Shown one piece after another: positions 1 through 9,495 of a stretch of DNA of 64,000 bases. Positions within the stretch are counted from its first letter, which is position 1. Every line of letters begins with the position of its first letter. A model generated the notes under the pieces. That model saw only the letters and a list, made by a program, of their open reading frames with translations. It did no database searches and was not told the DNA's origin. Origin of the DNA: Thermoanaerobaculia bacterium (lineage in GTDB: Bacteria > Acidobacteriota > Thermoanaerobaculia > Multivoradales > UBA5704); contig DASYKS010000102.1 of the NCBI GenBank assembly GCA_035995205.1, forward strand, positions 3,069 to 67,068, written 5' to 3'. The position numbers and the translations under genes are program-made.

Positions 1-118
1 CTCGGCCGCGATCTCATCGATCTGGCCCGCGCGGTGTTCGAAGGAGATCGCGGCCGGTTGACGGGCATCCTCACCGGCTGGTGGCGGGCGATACGGCTGT
101 TGCCGCGGTTCGCGCGCT

Positions 119-1315
119 CTATTTAGCCAAAACCGTCCCGCACAGCCACCTTCCGATCTCTTTCGCTGCCGCTCGATGCCCGCGGGCGTTCCAATGCCCT
201 TCGCCGGGAGCAGTGTTCGTGAACCCGTGCAGGTAGACCTTCTCGCGCGTCGCAAGCTCGCGAAGCGGCGGGGCGAGCGCCAGAAAGTCGATTCCGTCTC
301 GGGCGCTCGCTTCGGCCAGGCGCCGGTCGGGGTAATCCAAATCCGCTACGCCAAGCGCCTTGGCGAACGCTTGGCGCTTCGCCGCTTCCGGATCGACCTG
401 GATCGGCGTGGTGAGCGAGACGACGGCGAAGCGGGCGCCGAACTTTTCCGACTCCCGCTTCATCTCGGTGAGTAACGCCTCGGTCACCGACCAGGCTTTT
501 CGCCAGGCGTCTTCGGTGGGCGGGGCGTAGACGGCGTTGTCGAGGCCCAGCTCCTGGACCGCCGCGCCTTTTTCCACCCGCTTGGCCTTTCGGGCGCCTA
601 GCCAGCCGTCGAGACGGCTTTTCGCGGCCTTCGCCCCTTGGAGCAGGCGGGAACGGTTGACCAGTCCGTAAAACGCGCGGGCGGGCCAACTGCGGCGAAG
701 TTTGTAGCTCGAATGATCGCGGAACGAGGCGTCGAGGAACAGGCTGCCGTCCTTACGGAGCACGAAATAAGGGCGAAGCTCTTCTTGGTCGAGCGTCTTC
801 TCGTTGTTGCGGACATCGTTTCCGGAGTAAAAGGCGAGAAGCACCAGATCCGGATTGAACCTCACCGCCTGGTGGCTGAGCGTCAGAAGCTCTTGCGCCG
901 TGCCGTAGCCGGAGACGCCGAAATTCAGGCTTTCGACCTGAGCGCCGTGCGAACGGCCAAGCGCCGGGCAGGCGGCCAGCTCCGCTTCGAGGAGCTTTGC
1001 GAACGTTTGCTCTTCCGGCACCTGAAGCGCCTCGACGCAGGAGTCGCCGAGCACGGCGATGAGGAACGTGCCCGGGGGCTTGGCTACAGCGACCTCCGGA
1101 CCGCGCATCCCCTTCGAATTGATCCGGATCTCCGCCTGGCCCTCTTTCGTCCAGAGGCCGGTGGTGCCGGGGATCAGCACCCAGCCGCGCTCGGGGTCGG
1201 GACCGTAGAAATTCGGGTTCGAGACCCCCGCGATGCGAAACGCCAGCTCGCCGATTCCGAGCGCGAGGGCGCTCGAAATCAGCAAGGCGAGGAGCTTCGC
1301 GCGGCGGGGCTTCAC
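119..1315 (-). CDS. SGNH/GDSL-type hydrolase family protein (AlgX/AlgJ-like), N-terminally anchored
   Basis: 398-aa ORF with GTG start. Hydrophobic N-terminal segment, GDS motif (LGDSCVEAL), SGNH-like layout. Last gene of the carbamoyltransferase-DUF5989 operon-like run. Confidence 0.6.
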   Translation of the reverse strand: MKPRRAKLLALLISSALALGIGELAFRIAGVSNPNFYGPDPERGWVLIPGTTGLWTKEGQAEIRINSKGMRGPEVAVAKPPGTFLIAVLGDSCVEALQVPEEQTFAKLLEAELAACPALGRSHGAQVESLNFGVSGYGTAQELLTLSHQAVRFNPDLVLLAFYSGNDVRNNEKTLDQEELRPYFVLRKDGSLFLDASFRDHSSYKLRRSWPARAFYGLVNRSRLLQGAKAAKSRLDGWLGARKAKRVEKGAAVQELGLDNAVYAPPTEDAWRKAWSVTEALLTEMKRESEKFGARFAVVSLTTPIQVDPEAAKRQAFAKALGVADLDYPDRRLAEASARDGIDFLALAPPLRELATREKVYLHGFTNTAPGEGHWNARGHRAAAKEIGRWLCGTVLAK

Positions 1316-1327
1316 GCCGCGTAGGCC

Positions 1328-1492
1328 CTAGAACAGGGTGTAGATGAACGGCGCGGTCGCCTGGCTGGTCACCACCAGCAGAATCACCAGGCCGAGGATC
1401 AGCACGAACGGCACGATCCAATAGACCTTGTTCTGCTTGGCGAACTGCCAGATCTCACCGAACAGCTTGCCTGCGTAGCCTGCCTTACCCAT
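1328..1492 (-). CDS. DUF5989 family small membrane protein (54 aa), not in ORF track
   Basis: Manual translation of the minus strand gives MGKAGYAGKLFGEIWQFAKQNKVYWIVPFVLILGLVILLVVTSQATAPFIYTLF. ATG start at 1492, TAG stop at 1328. The sequence and its position between a carbamoyltransferase and the downstream hydrolase match the conserved DUF5989 family as I recall it. Confidence 0.6.
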   Translation of the reverse strand: MGKAGYAGKLFGEIWQFAKQNKVYWIVPFVLILGLVILLVVTSQATAPFIYTLF

Positions 1493-1540
1493 CGTTCTCT
1501 CCTCTCGACCGCGATCTTAGATCCGACCTCTTAAAACCGG

Positions 1541-3388
1541 CTAATCGAGTTGGAACTCCTGCTTCCAATCCCCCGCCTCGGCGAACTTCGGCTGGGCGGT
1601 CTTGGCGAGCAGGAAAGGTCCGAGCACCAGATAGTCCATCTCGGTGCGCATGAAACAGCGGTAGGCGTCTTCGGGAGTGCATACGATCGGCTCGCCGCGG
1701 ACGTTGAAACTGGTGTTGACGACCACGCCGTAGCCGGTCAGTTTTTCGAACTCCGAGATCAGCGCGTGGTAGCGCGGGTTGGTTTCGGCGTTCACCGACT
1801 GAATGCGCGCCGAATCGTCCACGTGGGTGACCGCCGGAATGTCCGAGCGGACCTCGTTCACCCATTCGAGCAGATTGTCGCTCCGCGGAGCCTGGCCTTC
1901 CGGCCGCGGCGTCCGCCGGTCCGCCCGCACGGGAGCGACGAGCAGCATGTAGGGCGACGGCCGGTCCAGCTCGAAATAATCGCCGACCCGCTCTTCGAGC
2001 ACGCTCGGGGCGAAGGGGCGGAAGCTCTCCCGGTATTTGATCTTCAGGTTCATCAGCGACTGCATCTTGGTCGAGCGGGCGTCGCCGATGATCGAGCGCG
2101 CGCCGAGCGCGCGGGGACCGAACTCCATCCGCCCTTGCAGCAGACCGACAACGTTCTCCCCGGCGAGCACCTGGGCCACCCGGGGCGCCCAGGCTTCGTC
2201 GGACAGCTCCTCGTGCGGCAGGTTGTTTTCGACCAGATATTCGCGGATCTGCTCGCGCGAGAACTCCGGGCCGAGCAACGCGGCTTTCATGCCGTCTCGC
2301 CCGGGGGGCCGCACCGGCCGCGGCAGGCCCATCGCGTTGTGGTAGACCGCAAGGGCGGCACCCAGGGCTCCACCCGCGTCGCCCGCCGCGGGTTGAATCC
2401 AGATATCGTCGAAGATCCCTTCGCGCAGCAGCACACCGTTCGCGACGCAGTTGAGCGCCACCCCGCCCGCAAGACAGAGGTTCCGCTTGCCGGTCAGCTC
2501 GCGGGTGTGGCGCGCGAGCTTCAGCACGACCTCTTCGGTGACTTCCTGGATCGAGCGCGCGAGATCCATCTCGCGCCGCGTGATCCGCGACTCCGGGGAG
2601 CGCGCCGGGCCGCCGAACAGGTTCGCGAACCGGTCGTTGGTCATCGCGAGCCCGTCGAGGTAGCCGAAATAGTCCATGTTCAGGCGGAACGAGCCGTCCT
2701 CGCGCAGGTCGATCAGCTCGCGCTTGATCAGATCGGCGTACTTCGGCTCGCCGTAGGGGGCGAGCCCCATCAGCTTGTACTCGCCGGAGTTCACCTTGAA
2801 GCCGGTGAAGTAGGTGAACGCCGAATAGAGCAGGCCGATCGAGTGCGGAAAGCGGATCTCGCGGATCATCCGCAGCTTTTCGCCTTCGCCGACGCCGATC
2901 GTGGTCGTCGCCCATTCGCCCACCCCGTCGAGCGTGAGGACTGCGGCCTCGGAGAACGGCGAGGGGTAATAGGCGCTCGCGGCGTGCGATTCGTGGTGCT
3001 GGGCGAAGCGGATCGGCACCTCGCCTTCGATCCCGCAGGCCTCCAGCGACTCCTGGATGTGCGGCGGAATCCAGAGCTTCTCTTTGAGCCAGATCGGGAT
3101 CGCCTGAAGGTACGAGGCGAGGCCGCGCGGCGCCACCGTCAGATAGGTTTCCAGAATGCGGTGGAACTTGAGCAGCGGCTTGTCATAGAAGACCACAGCG
3201 TCGAGAGCCGCTTCGCCGCCGCGCGCGGTGCCTTCCGCCAGGCAGTAGCGGACGGCGTTGCTCGGGAAGCCCTCGTCGTGCTTCTTGCGGGTGAAACGCT
3301 CTTCCTGCGCCGCGGCGACGATCTCGCCGTCGACAACCAGGCAGGCCGCCGAGTCGTGGTAGTAGCAACTGATGCCGAGGATCTTCAT
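1541..3388 (-). CDS. carbamoyltransferase (NodU/CmcH family)
   Basis: 615 aa. N-terminal MKILGISCYYHDSAA and internal HHESHAASAYY are typical of NodU/CmcH O-carbamoyltransferases. The C-terminal YrdC-like half is present. Confidence 0.9.
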   Translation of the reverse strand: MKILGISCYYHDSAACLVVDGEIVAAAQEERFTRKKHDEGFPSNAVRYCLAEGTARGGEAALDAVVFYDKPLLKFHRILETYLTVAPRGLASYLQAIPIWLKEKLWIPPHIQESLEACGIEGEVPIRFAQHHESHAASAYYPSPFSEAAVLTLDGVGEWATTTIGVGEGEKLRMIREIRFPHSIGLLYSAFTYFTGFKVNSGEYKLMGLAPYGEPKYADLIKRELIDLREDGSFRLNMDYFGYLDGLAMTNDRFANLFGGPARSPESRITRREMDLARSIQEVTEEVVLKLARHTRELTGKRNLCLAGGVALNCVANGVLLREGIFDDIWIQPAAGDAGGALGAALAVYHNAMGLPRPVRPPGRDGMKAALLGPEFSREQIREYLVENNLPHEELSDEAWAPRVAQVLAGENVVGLLQGRMEFGPRALGARSIIGDARSTKMQSLMNLKIKYRESFRPFAPSVLEERVGDYFELDRPSPYMLLVAPVRADRRTPRPEGQAPRSDNLLEWVNEVRSDIPAVTHVDDSARIQSVNAETNPRYHALISEFEKLTGYGVVVNTSFNVRGEPIVCTPEDAYRCFMRTEMDYLVLGPFLLAKTAQPKFAEAGDWKQEFQLD

Positions 3389-3403
3389 CGCGAAGGCGTC
3401 GCT

Positions 3404-3880
3404 CTAGAACTGCCGCTCGTAGGTCTCGGGCCCCGAGGGATGGTTCTCGGTCGAGATCCAATAGGTCGGAAGCTTCGCCTCGGCGCCGCGCGTGATGCCG
3501 GTCTTGCCGCGCGCGCGGAGGAACAGGCCGACCGGCAGGAAGAACAGGAAGAAGATCACCGGCATCAAGATCCAGGTGACGACCAGGCCGATTACCCGGC
3601 CGAGCTTCTCGACCATCGCCGTAAGCCACTTGAACGCGCCGAGCGGAGAAACCAGAGCGAGCAGGGTGACGATCCCCGCGATCGACGCGATCACCGAGGC
3701 GAACGTCGGCCGGTGGAGCACGAACGCCACGAGCAGGGCGACGACCAGCCCCACCGCCCCCTGGATCGCGCCGCGCACCCGCGCCCCGCGGGCGGCCGCA
3801 GCGCGTGCGCGGCTCTCCGCCGCGGGATCGCGGCGCCATTGCCAGACCACGGCGGAAGGGGCCAAAGTGCTCTCCGTCAT
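3404..3880 (-). CDS. SxtJ-family membrane protein
   Basis: The ORF runs 3404..3946. The likely start is the internal ATG giving MTESTLAP..., computed as 3880. Three predicted TM segments and a C-terminal WISTENHPSGPE-like tail. It is a conserved neighbour of the carbamoyltransferase/DUF5989 pair. Confidence 0.55.
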   Translation of the reverse strand: MTESTLAPSAVVWQWRRDPAAESRARAAAARGARVRGAIQGAVGLVVALLVAFVLHRPTFASVIASIAGIVTLLALVSPLGAFKWLTAMVEKLGRVIGLVVTWILMPVIFFLFFLPVGLFLRARGKTGITRGAEAKLPTYWISTENHPSGPETYERQF

Positions 3881-4084
3881 TCTTACGAAGTTCCTTGTGG
3901 GCAAGTCGCTGAATTCACCGTGGGGGTCGAAAGTGGCCCGGAACATCCCGAGAAGGGCGCAGCCTGCGGGCGGCGGATTCTAGCCGGGGACTTCCCGGGC
4001 GCGCAAGAGATCGAGCCGGGTCGTGGTTTCGTTTGCCTCCTCGCTGCTTCGAGGCCTTCGGCGGCGGCCTGCGCCGCGGCCGGG

Positions 4085-4918
4085 TTACCCGGCGGTCAGA
4101 TGGCGTGCGACCAACCCCTCGAGGATCCGGTCGGCCGGTATTCCGCGCAGCCGCCAGGACGGCGCTTCGAGCAGCGCCTCGGCGAGCGCGAGCAGCGCGC
4201 GGCGGGGCAGACCCTCGGTGTCCAGGCTCGTCAGGATCGCGCCGGCCGCCGCGGCCCAGGGTTCGCTCGACCGCGCGTCGTCGAAATCGCCGCCGCCGCC
4301 CAAAATGCTCGCCGCGGCGAGCAGGTGGATCGGCGCGCGGCTGGTCTCCCAGGCGGCGACCGCGGAAGCGAAATCCGCCGCCGTGCGGGCCAACGCCGCC
4401 CGATCGGGCGCCGCGGCGGGACCGAGGTAGACCGACAGCGAACGGCTGCGCAGAGTGGCGAGCAGGTCGAGACGCGACGGCGCGAGCAGGAAGAAGTGCC
4501 GGGGCGACGTGACGTGCGGCTCTTCGAGCGCCTTCAGCAGGGCGTTGGCCGCCTCCCCGGTAAGGCTTTCCGCGCTCGCGATGACGAACACCTGCCCCCG
4601 GGCTTCGAACGGCGAGAATTGCGCGACCTTCAAGAGCTCGCGGGTGGCGTCGACCGAGGTCGAGGTCTTGGTGTCGCGCTCCAGGAGCTGAAAGTCGGGG
4701 TGGAACGGCGCGTCGTCCGCCCCTCCTGGCCGCTCGACGATCCGCCGGCAATGGCGGCACACCCCGCACGGGCGGGCGGCGGGCTCGGTGTCGCACAGGA
4801 GGGTGCGCGCCATCTCATAGGCGATCTCGCGGCGACCCTCCGAGGTCGAACCGTGAAGGATCACCGCCGGATAGAGCTTGCCGGAGCGGGCGGCGTCGAG
4901 CATCGCTTCGCGGTTCAT
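4085..4918 (-). CDS. holB: DNA polymerase III subunit delta prime
   Basis: 277 aa. Degenerate AAA+ P-loop region (LYPAVILHGSTSEGRREIAYEMARTLLC) followed by the zinc module CGVCRHCRR. Its start overlaps the tmk stop (ATGA), and a tmk-holB operon is common. Confidence 0.8.
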   Translation of the reverse strand: MNREAMLDAARSGKLYPAVILHGSTSEGRREIAYEMARTLLCDTEPAARPCGVCRHCRRIVERPGGADDAPFHPDFQLLERDTKTSTSVDATRELLKVAQFSPFEARGQVFVIASAESLTGEAANALLKALEEPHVTSPRHFFLLAPSRLDLLATLRSRSLSVYLGPAAAPDRAALARTAADFASAVAAWETSRAPIHLLAAASILGGGGDFDDARSSEPWAAAAGAILTSLDTEGLPRRALLALAEALLEAPSWRLRGIPADRILEGLVARHLTAG

Positions 4919-5577
4919 GGCGCGAAACCCAGCGCCGCGGCGAGCGCCGCGCGCACCGCGGCCTCGGTCGCGGCGATCGGGCCGGCGGCGTCGATTGTCC
5001 GGAACCGCTCGGGTTCGGCGGCGGCGAGCGCGCGAAACCCGTCGCGCACGCGGGCGGCGAAGGCACGGCTCTCGCCGTCCAGCCGGTCATGGCCGCCGCG
5101 TTCGACCGCGCCCATCCGCCGCTCCGCTTCTTCGAGCGGCAGATCGAAATAGAGCGTGAGATCGGGGCGCCGATGGGCGGTGGCGATCCGGTCGATCTCG
5201 TCGATTCGCTGCCGCGGCACGCCGCGCCCGGCTCCCTGGTAGGCGAGGGTCGAATCGGTGAAGCGATCGCAGAGGACGATCAACCCTTCGGCGAGGGCCG
5301 GATCGATCACTTCGGAGAGGTGCTGGCGACGGCTGGCGAACACCAGCAGCAGCTCGACCGTGCCATCGACCTCGCCCCAGCGGGGATCGAGGAAGATGCC
5401 GCGGATCGCGTCGCCGAGAGGAGTGCCGCCCGGCTCGTGAGTCGTCCGAACGCCGAGGCCGCGACCGGCGAGCCAGTCGCCCGCCCGGCGGAGCAGGGTG
5501 GACTTGCCGCTGCCGTCGATGCCCTCGAAGGTGACGAACAAGCCGCGGGCGGGGCGGTCGGCCGGGAGAGCGGACAT
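4915..5577 (-). CDS. tmk: thymidylate kinase
   Basis: The C-terminal 220 aa of the 631-aa ORF begin MSALPADRPARGLFVTFEGIDGSGKST, with a P-loop and the DRF motif (LCDRFTDS). The upstream part of the long ORF is a high-GC artefact. Confidence 0.9.
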   Translation of the reverse strand: MSALPADRPARGLFVTFEGIDGSGKSTLLRRAGDWLAGRGLGVRTTHEPGGTPLGDAIRGIFLDPRWGEVDGTVELLLVFASRRQHLSEVIDPALAEGLIVLCDRFTDSTLAYQGAGRGVPRQRIDEIDRIATAHRRPDLTLYFDLPLEEAERRMGAVERGGHDRLDGESRAFAARVRDGFRALAAAEPERFRTIDAAGPIAATEAAVRAALAAALGFAP

Positions 5578-5621
5578 ACGGCGCGGCACGTTACCACGGG
5601 CCGCGCGTCGCCCTACCGCCG

Positions 5622-6854
5622 TTACTTCAGTTGCAGCCGATCGCCGAGGAAGATCGGTCCGCGCGATTCGATGATCTTGGCCAGAGAGGTCCGCCGCTGG
5701 ACCGAGAGCACCGCGAGCTCGCCGATCACGAGCGGCGGCATGCCCGGCCGGTTCAAGCGGTAGACGGTGTACACGTCGCCCGGCGTAACGTTCTCTTCCT
5801 CGCCGCGGTCGATGAACACCACGCTGTCCTGGCCGAGGGTGACGACGCCATCCTTGGAGAACACGATCGACGGCGCCCCTTCGAGCTCCTGCGGGGTCGC
5901 CGGGAAGTTCACCGGGCGCAATCCGGTGCGCCGGCCGAGCGGCACCGGTTCCTCTTCGAACGGCTTCAAGGTCGTGCCGACGGGGATCGGATCGCACGAG
6001 TGAACGATTTCGCCGATCGCGGTGTCTTCCTGCACCGACAGGACGCGGATACGGCCGAGGTAGGAGTAGAAACGGCCGAGCACGTCGCCGAACAGCGGGT
6101 GACGGATGCGGCTGCCCGGCAGGACGGCGGCAAACAGGGCGCCCGGGGTCAAGCCCTTCGCCCGGCCGCCGTCGAGATAGACGATGTCGCCGGACGCCAA
6201 ACCGTATTTCGCGGTGTCGCCGGAGCTCAAGCCATACGAGGTGACGGCCGGCGCCCGGACCTCCTCGGGTTCCTTCGCCCGTCCGGAGGTATGCGGCGTG
6301 AGATTCTCGAACTCCGAACCGACGACCTGGAGCGGGAACGTCTCCTCGTCTTCTCCGATGTAGCCGGTGCAATAGATGTCGCTCTCGGAACCGAGCGCCT
6401 GCGGCGGGCTCGCGGCGGCGGCGGAGGTCTGCACCCCTTCCACCGGCGTGGTGTCTTGGGTCTCGCCCGGGGGCTGGTATTCGCCGGTGCCGGCGCCGGA
6501 ATCGGAAACGATCTCCTCGCCGGTCGTACCGGATGCGGTCCCGGTCGAGGTCGGTCCGATCACCAACGGGTCGCCCGGATAGATCCAGTGCGCGTCCAGG
6601 ATGTACTGGTTCAACTCCCAGATTTGCGGCCAGAGATAGGGATTGCCCAGGAAGCGGTTCGCGAGATCCCACAGAGTGTCGCCGCGGACGATCGTGTAGA
6701 CCTGCACGCCTTCGGGCGGCACCGGCGGATTCCACGCCGTCCAGTGATCGCCGACCAGGTGCAGATCGCGCGGCGGCCGATCGGCCGCGAAGGCACCGGA
6801 GGCCGCGCAAACCCCGAGCGCGACTCCGAGAAGATAGACAGAAAACCGCTTCAT
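5622..6854 (-). CDS. LysM domain-containing secreted protein
   Basis: 410 aa. Signal peptide, then a LysM motif ([30 protein letters not shown]), a Thr/Gly/Ser-rich linker and a C-terminal beta-rich domain. Confidence 0.75.
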   Translation of the reverse strand: MKRFSVYLLGVALGVCAASGAFAADRPPRDLHLVGDHWTAWNPPVPPEGVQVYTIVRGDTLWDLANRFLGNPYLWPQIWELNQYILDAHWIYPGDPLVIGPTSTGTASGTTGEEIVSDSGAGTGEYQPPGETQDTTPVEGVQTSAAAASPPQALGSESDIYCTGYIGEDEETFPLQVVGSEFENLTPHTSGRAKEPEEVRAPAVTSYGLSSGDTAKYGLASGDIVYLDGGRAKGLTPGALFAAVLPGSRIRHPLFGDVLGRFYSYLGRIRVLSVQEDTAIGEIVHSCDPIPVGTTLKPFEEEPVPLGRRTGLRPVNFPATPQELEGAPSIVFSKDGVVTLGQDSVVFIDRGEEENVTPGDVYTVYRLNRPGMPPLVIGELAVLSVQRRTSLAKIIESRGPIFLGDRLQLK

Positions 6855-6998
6855 GTGGGGGCCTCCTGCAACCAGGGAGAGCCGGCGTATAGTGAAATCT
6901 CTATGGCTTAGGCTACACCGATCCGCTTTCCAAGGTCAAGATTTAGCGGCCTTCCCCTCAAGCGATGGTTGAGCGAGGAGCTTGCCGAACCACCACCC

Positions 6999-7976
6999 TT
7001 ACTTGAGCTTGGCGAGACGCTCTTCGGCGACCGCGCCCGCGGCGCTGCCGGGGAAGCGCCGCGCCACTTCGCGATAGGTTGACCGTGCGTCGTCCTTCTG
7101 GCCGAGCCCTTCCAAGCACTGACCCGCCTTGAGCAGGGCGTCGGCGACCTTGTTGCCCTGAGGGAAGCTCTCGACCGTCCGCCGGAACGCGTCGAGCGCG
7201 CCGCGCAAATCGTCGCGCGCGTAGCGGCACTCGCCGATCCAATACTGGGCGTTGTCGGCCAGCTCGCTCGTCGGGTTCGCTTCCAAGAAGCGTTGGAAGC
7301 TCGCTTCGGCGTCCGCGTAATGCCCCTGGTGGTAAAGGGTATAGCCGCGATCGTAGAGCGCCTGGGTCGCCGGCTGCGGCACGGAGGTGCCGGGCAGGGG
7401 GGCGGGCTTGGGCGGAGGTGGGGTCACCACAGGCTGCGCCGGGGCGGGAGCCGGCTTCGGAGCCACCGAGGTGGTTCCAGCGGCTGAGGGCGCAGACCCG
7501 GTGGCGGACGGCGGGGTCGTGGGCCGAACGGAGGGCGCCGGAGCAGGCCGGGGGGCGATCGGCGGCGCGTCGAGATCGACTTCCTCGATCTCCTGACCGC
7601 GAAGCGTTACGGGCTTCCCCGCCGTGGGCCGAGGTGCCGCGGGAGGCGTCGCGGAGATCGCCGAGCCCGGAGCGGGGGTCGCGGGCCGGGAGGGCGGCGC
7701 GGCGGTGGGAGCGGTTGTTTGCGTCGTGGGCGCCGCGGTAACGCTCGCCGAACGAACCCCGAGCCGCGCTTCGAGATCGCTCACCTGCTGCCGGAGCCGG
7801 CCGACCTCCACCTCGGAAACCGCCGCCTTCCGCTGCAGCTCGACCACCCGCGCCTTCAGCTCGGCAAGATCGTCGGGCTTTGCTTCCGGGGTGCGGGAGG
7901 GCGCCGAGGCGCAGCCGGCGACGCCGAGCAGGGCGGAGAGGAGCAGGGCGGAGAGGAGGGGCTGGTTTCGGGTCAT
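6999..7976 (-). CDS. cpoB: TPR-repeat lipoprotein of the Tol-Pal system, CpoB/YbgF-like
   Basis: 325 aa starting MTRNQPLLSALLLSALLGVAGC (lipobox). Coiled-coil region, Pro/Ala-rich linker, C-terminal TPR block (YDRGYTLYHQGHYADAEASFQRFL...). The ATG overlaps the bamD stop. The 559-aa track ORF is an alternative-frame extension and was rejected. Confidence 0.7.
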   Translation of the reverse strand: MTRNQPLLSALLLSALLGVAGCASAPSRTPEAKPDDLAELKARVVELQRKAAVSEVEVGRLRQQVSDLEARLGVRSASVTAAPTTQTTAPTAAPPSRPATPAPGSAISATPPAAPRPTAGKPVTLRGQEIEEVDLDAPPIAPRPAPAPSVRPTTPPSATGSAPSAAGTTSVAPKPAPAPAQPVVTPPPPKPAPLPGTSVPQPATQALYDRGYTLYHQGHYADAEASFQRFLEANPTSELADNAQYWIGECRYARDDLRGALDAFRRTVESFPQGNKVADALLKAGQCLEGLGQKDDARSTYREVARRFPGSAAGAVAEERLAKLK

Positions 7977-8743
7977 GAGGCCGCCTTCTGTTTCGGGGTC
8001 TCGCGGTTCCACCGGCTGTCGGGATACTCGGTGCGCAGCCGCGCGAAAGCCTTCTGCGACTCTTCCGCCTTGGCGTTCTCCGAGTAGGCGAGCCCCATGT
8101 AGTAGAGCACCTTGTCCTTGGTCGGATATTCCGGGAACTCCTTGAGCAGATATTCGAACCTGCCCGCCGCGGCCCCCGGGATGCCATAGCGCTGGTAAAA
8201 CCGGCCGACGACGAACTCGTGCTCCGCCAAATTGGCGCGCACCAGGACGATCTTCTCCTGGCATTGCGCCGCGTAATCGCTGGTCGGAAACAGTCGGAGC
8301 AGATCCTTGTAGGCCTCCAACGCCTTGCGGGTCACGGACTGGTCGCGATCCGGCCGCTCCATCCGCTCGGAGAGCGAGTTGGCGACCTGGAACTGCGCGT
8401 AGGCGGCCTGGTCGCTGGTCGGGAAGCGATTGAGGAAGTCGCGATATTTGGCTTCCGACTGGATGTGGTTGGTGTTGCCCCCTTCGAGAAAATAGGTGTC
8501 GGCGGCGAGCAGCAGAGCCTCCCGCCCTTGCACCGAATTGGGCTCGACCTCGTAGGCATGGGTGAAGTAAGGCCTCGCTTTGGCGTACTTTTTCGCCGCG
8601 AGCAGCGTCTTGCCCGTGGCGAGCGATTCGGTCGCCGCGAGCTTGAGGATGGGATCCTGCGCCGGGCCGGACTTGCACCCGGCAAGCCCGAGAGGAGCCA
8701 GGGCGCTGAATAGGACGAGGGCGAGCGCAAACGGTCGATTCAT
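7973..8743 (-). CDS. bamD: outer membrane protein assembly factor BamD
   Basis: 256 aa. Lipoprotein signal (LGLAGC) followed by TPR-like repeats with the BamD/YfiO pattern. Confidence 0.8.
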   Translation of the reverse strand: MNRPFALALVLFSALAPLGLAGCKSGPAQDPILKLAATESLATGKTLLAAKKYAKARPYFTHAYEVEPNSVQGREALLLAADTYFLEGGNTNHIQSEAKYRDFLNRFPTSDQAAYAQFQVANSLSERMERPDRDQSVTRKALEAYKDLLRLFPTSDYAAQCQEKIVLVRANLAEHEFVVGRFYQRYGIPGAAAGRFEYLLKEFPEYPTKDKVLYYMGLAYSENAKAEESQKAFARLRTEYPDSRWNRETPKQKAAS

Positions 8744-8785
8744 AGAGTCTTCCCGAGGTACGTTGGATTCGCGGCGCTTTGCGCG

Positions 8786-9487
8786 TCAGGTGGCACCATG
8801 GCGGTCGGCGGGTTCGGATCGAAGCGGCGCTTCGGCGAGACGCCGCAGCTCGCCGATCGCCGAGGCGGGGTCCGGAGCCCCGAACACCGAAGTGCCGGCC
8901 ACCGCAAAGTCGATGCCCGCTTCGGCGGCCGCCCGAATGTTATCGCGGCCGATGCCGCCGTCGATCCCGATCTCGATCTGCGCCCCGGCGGCGGGATGGG
9001 CCACCAGCAAGCGACGCAGGCGGCGCGCCTTGTCCAGCGCGCGGGGCAGGAACGCCTGGCCGGAGAAACCCGGATTGACCGACATCAAGAGGACGTAGTC
9101 GAGGCGCGGCAGGCTGTCGATCAGCAGCTCGACCGGCGTTGCCGGGTTGATCGCGACCCCGGCCCGGGCACCCCCGCTTCGGATGCGATCGAGCAGGCGG
9201 TCGAGATGCGGTACGACCTCCCAGTGGACCGCGACGCTCGCGGCGCCCGCGGCCAGATAGGCGTCCAAGAGATCGCCCGGATTCGTCACCATCAGGTGGA
9301 CGTCGAGCGGCAGGGCGGTACGCCGCTTGAGCGCGGCGAGCACCGGGATGCCGAACGAGAGGTTGGGAACGAAGTGGCCGTCCATCACGTCGAAGTGGAC
9401 GAGGTCGGCCCCGCCGCGTTCGCAGACGGCGAGCGCGCCGGAAAGATCGGCGAGATCGGCGGCGAGGATCGAAGGTGCGATGCGCAT
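8786..9487 (-). CDS. rpe: ribulose-phosphate 3-epimerase
   Basis: 233 aa. MRIAPSILAADLADL, HFDVMDGHFVPN and DVHLMV motifs. Confidence 0.9.
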   Translation of the reverse strand: MRIAPSILAADLADLSGALAVCERGGADLVHFDVMDGHFVPNLSFGIPVLAALKRRTALPLDVHLMVTNPGDLLDAYLAAGAASVAVHWEVVPHLDRLLDRIRSGGARAGVAINPATPVELLIDSLPRLDYVLLMSVNPGFSGQAFLPRALDKARRLRRLLVAHPAAGAQIEIGIDGGIGRDNIRAAAEAGIDFAVAGTSVFGAPDPASAIGELRRLAEAPLRSEPADRHGAT

Positions 9488-9495
9488 CGGGAAGG

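Noticed and set aside
1550-5152. 1200-aa plus-strand ORF spanning several genes
   Set aside because: It runs antisense to the carbamoyltransferase, SxtJ, holB and tmk genes. Its translation is low-complexity Arg/Gly/Ala-rich, typical of stop-poor frames in ~70% GC DNA. The opposite-strand products carry clear conserved motifs.
4915-6810. 631-aa ORF containing tmk
   Set aside because: Only the last 220 aa are thymidylate kinase. The N-terminal extension overlaps the LysM gene in another frame and is Arg/Gly-rich with no motifs.
6999-8678. 559-aa ORF extending the cpoB-like gene upstream
   Set aside because: The upstream 234 codons are the alternative frame of bamD. The real gene starts at the internal ATG (7976) with a lipoprotein signal and overlaps the bamD stop (ATGA).
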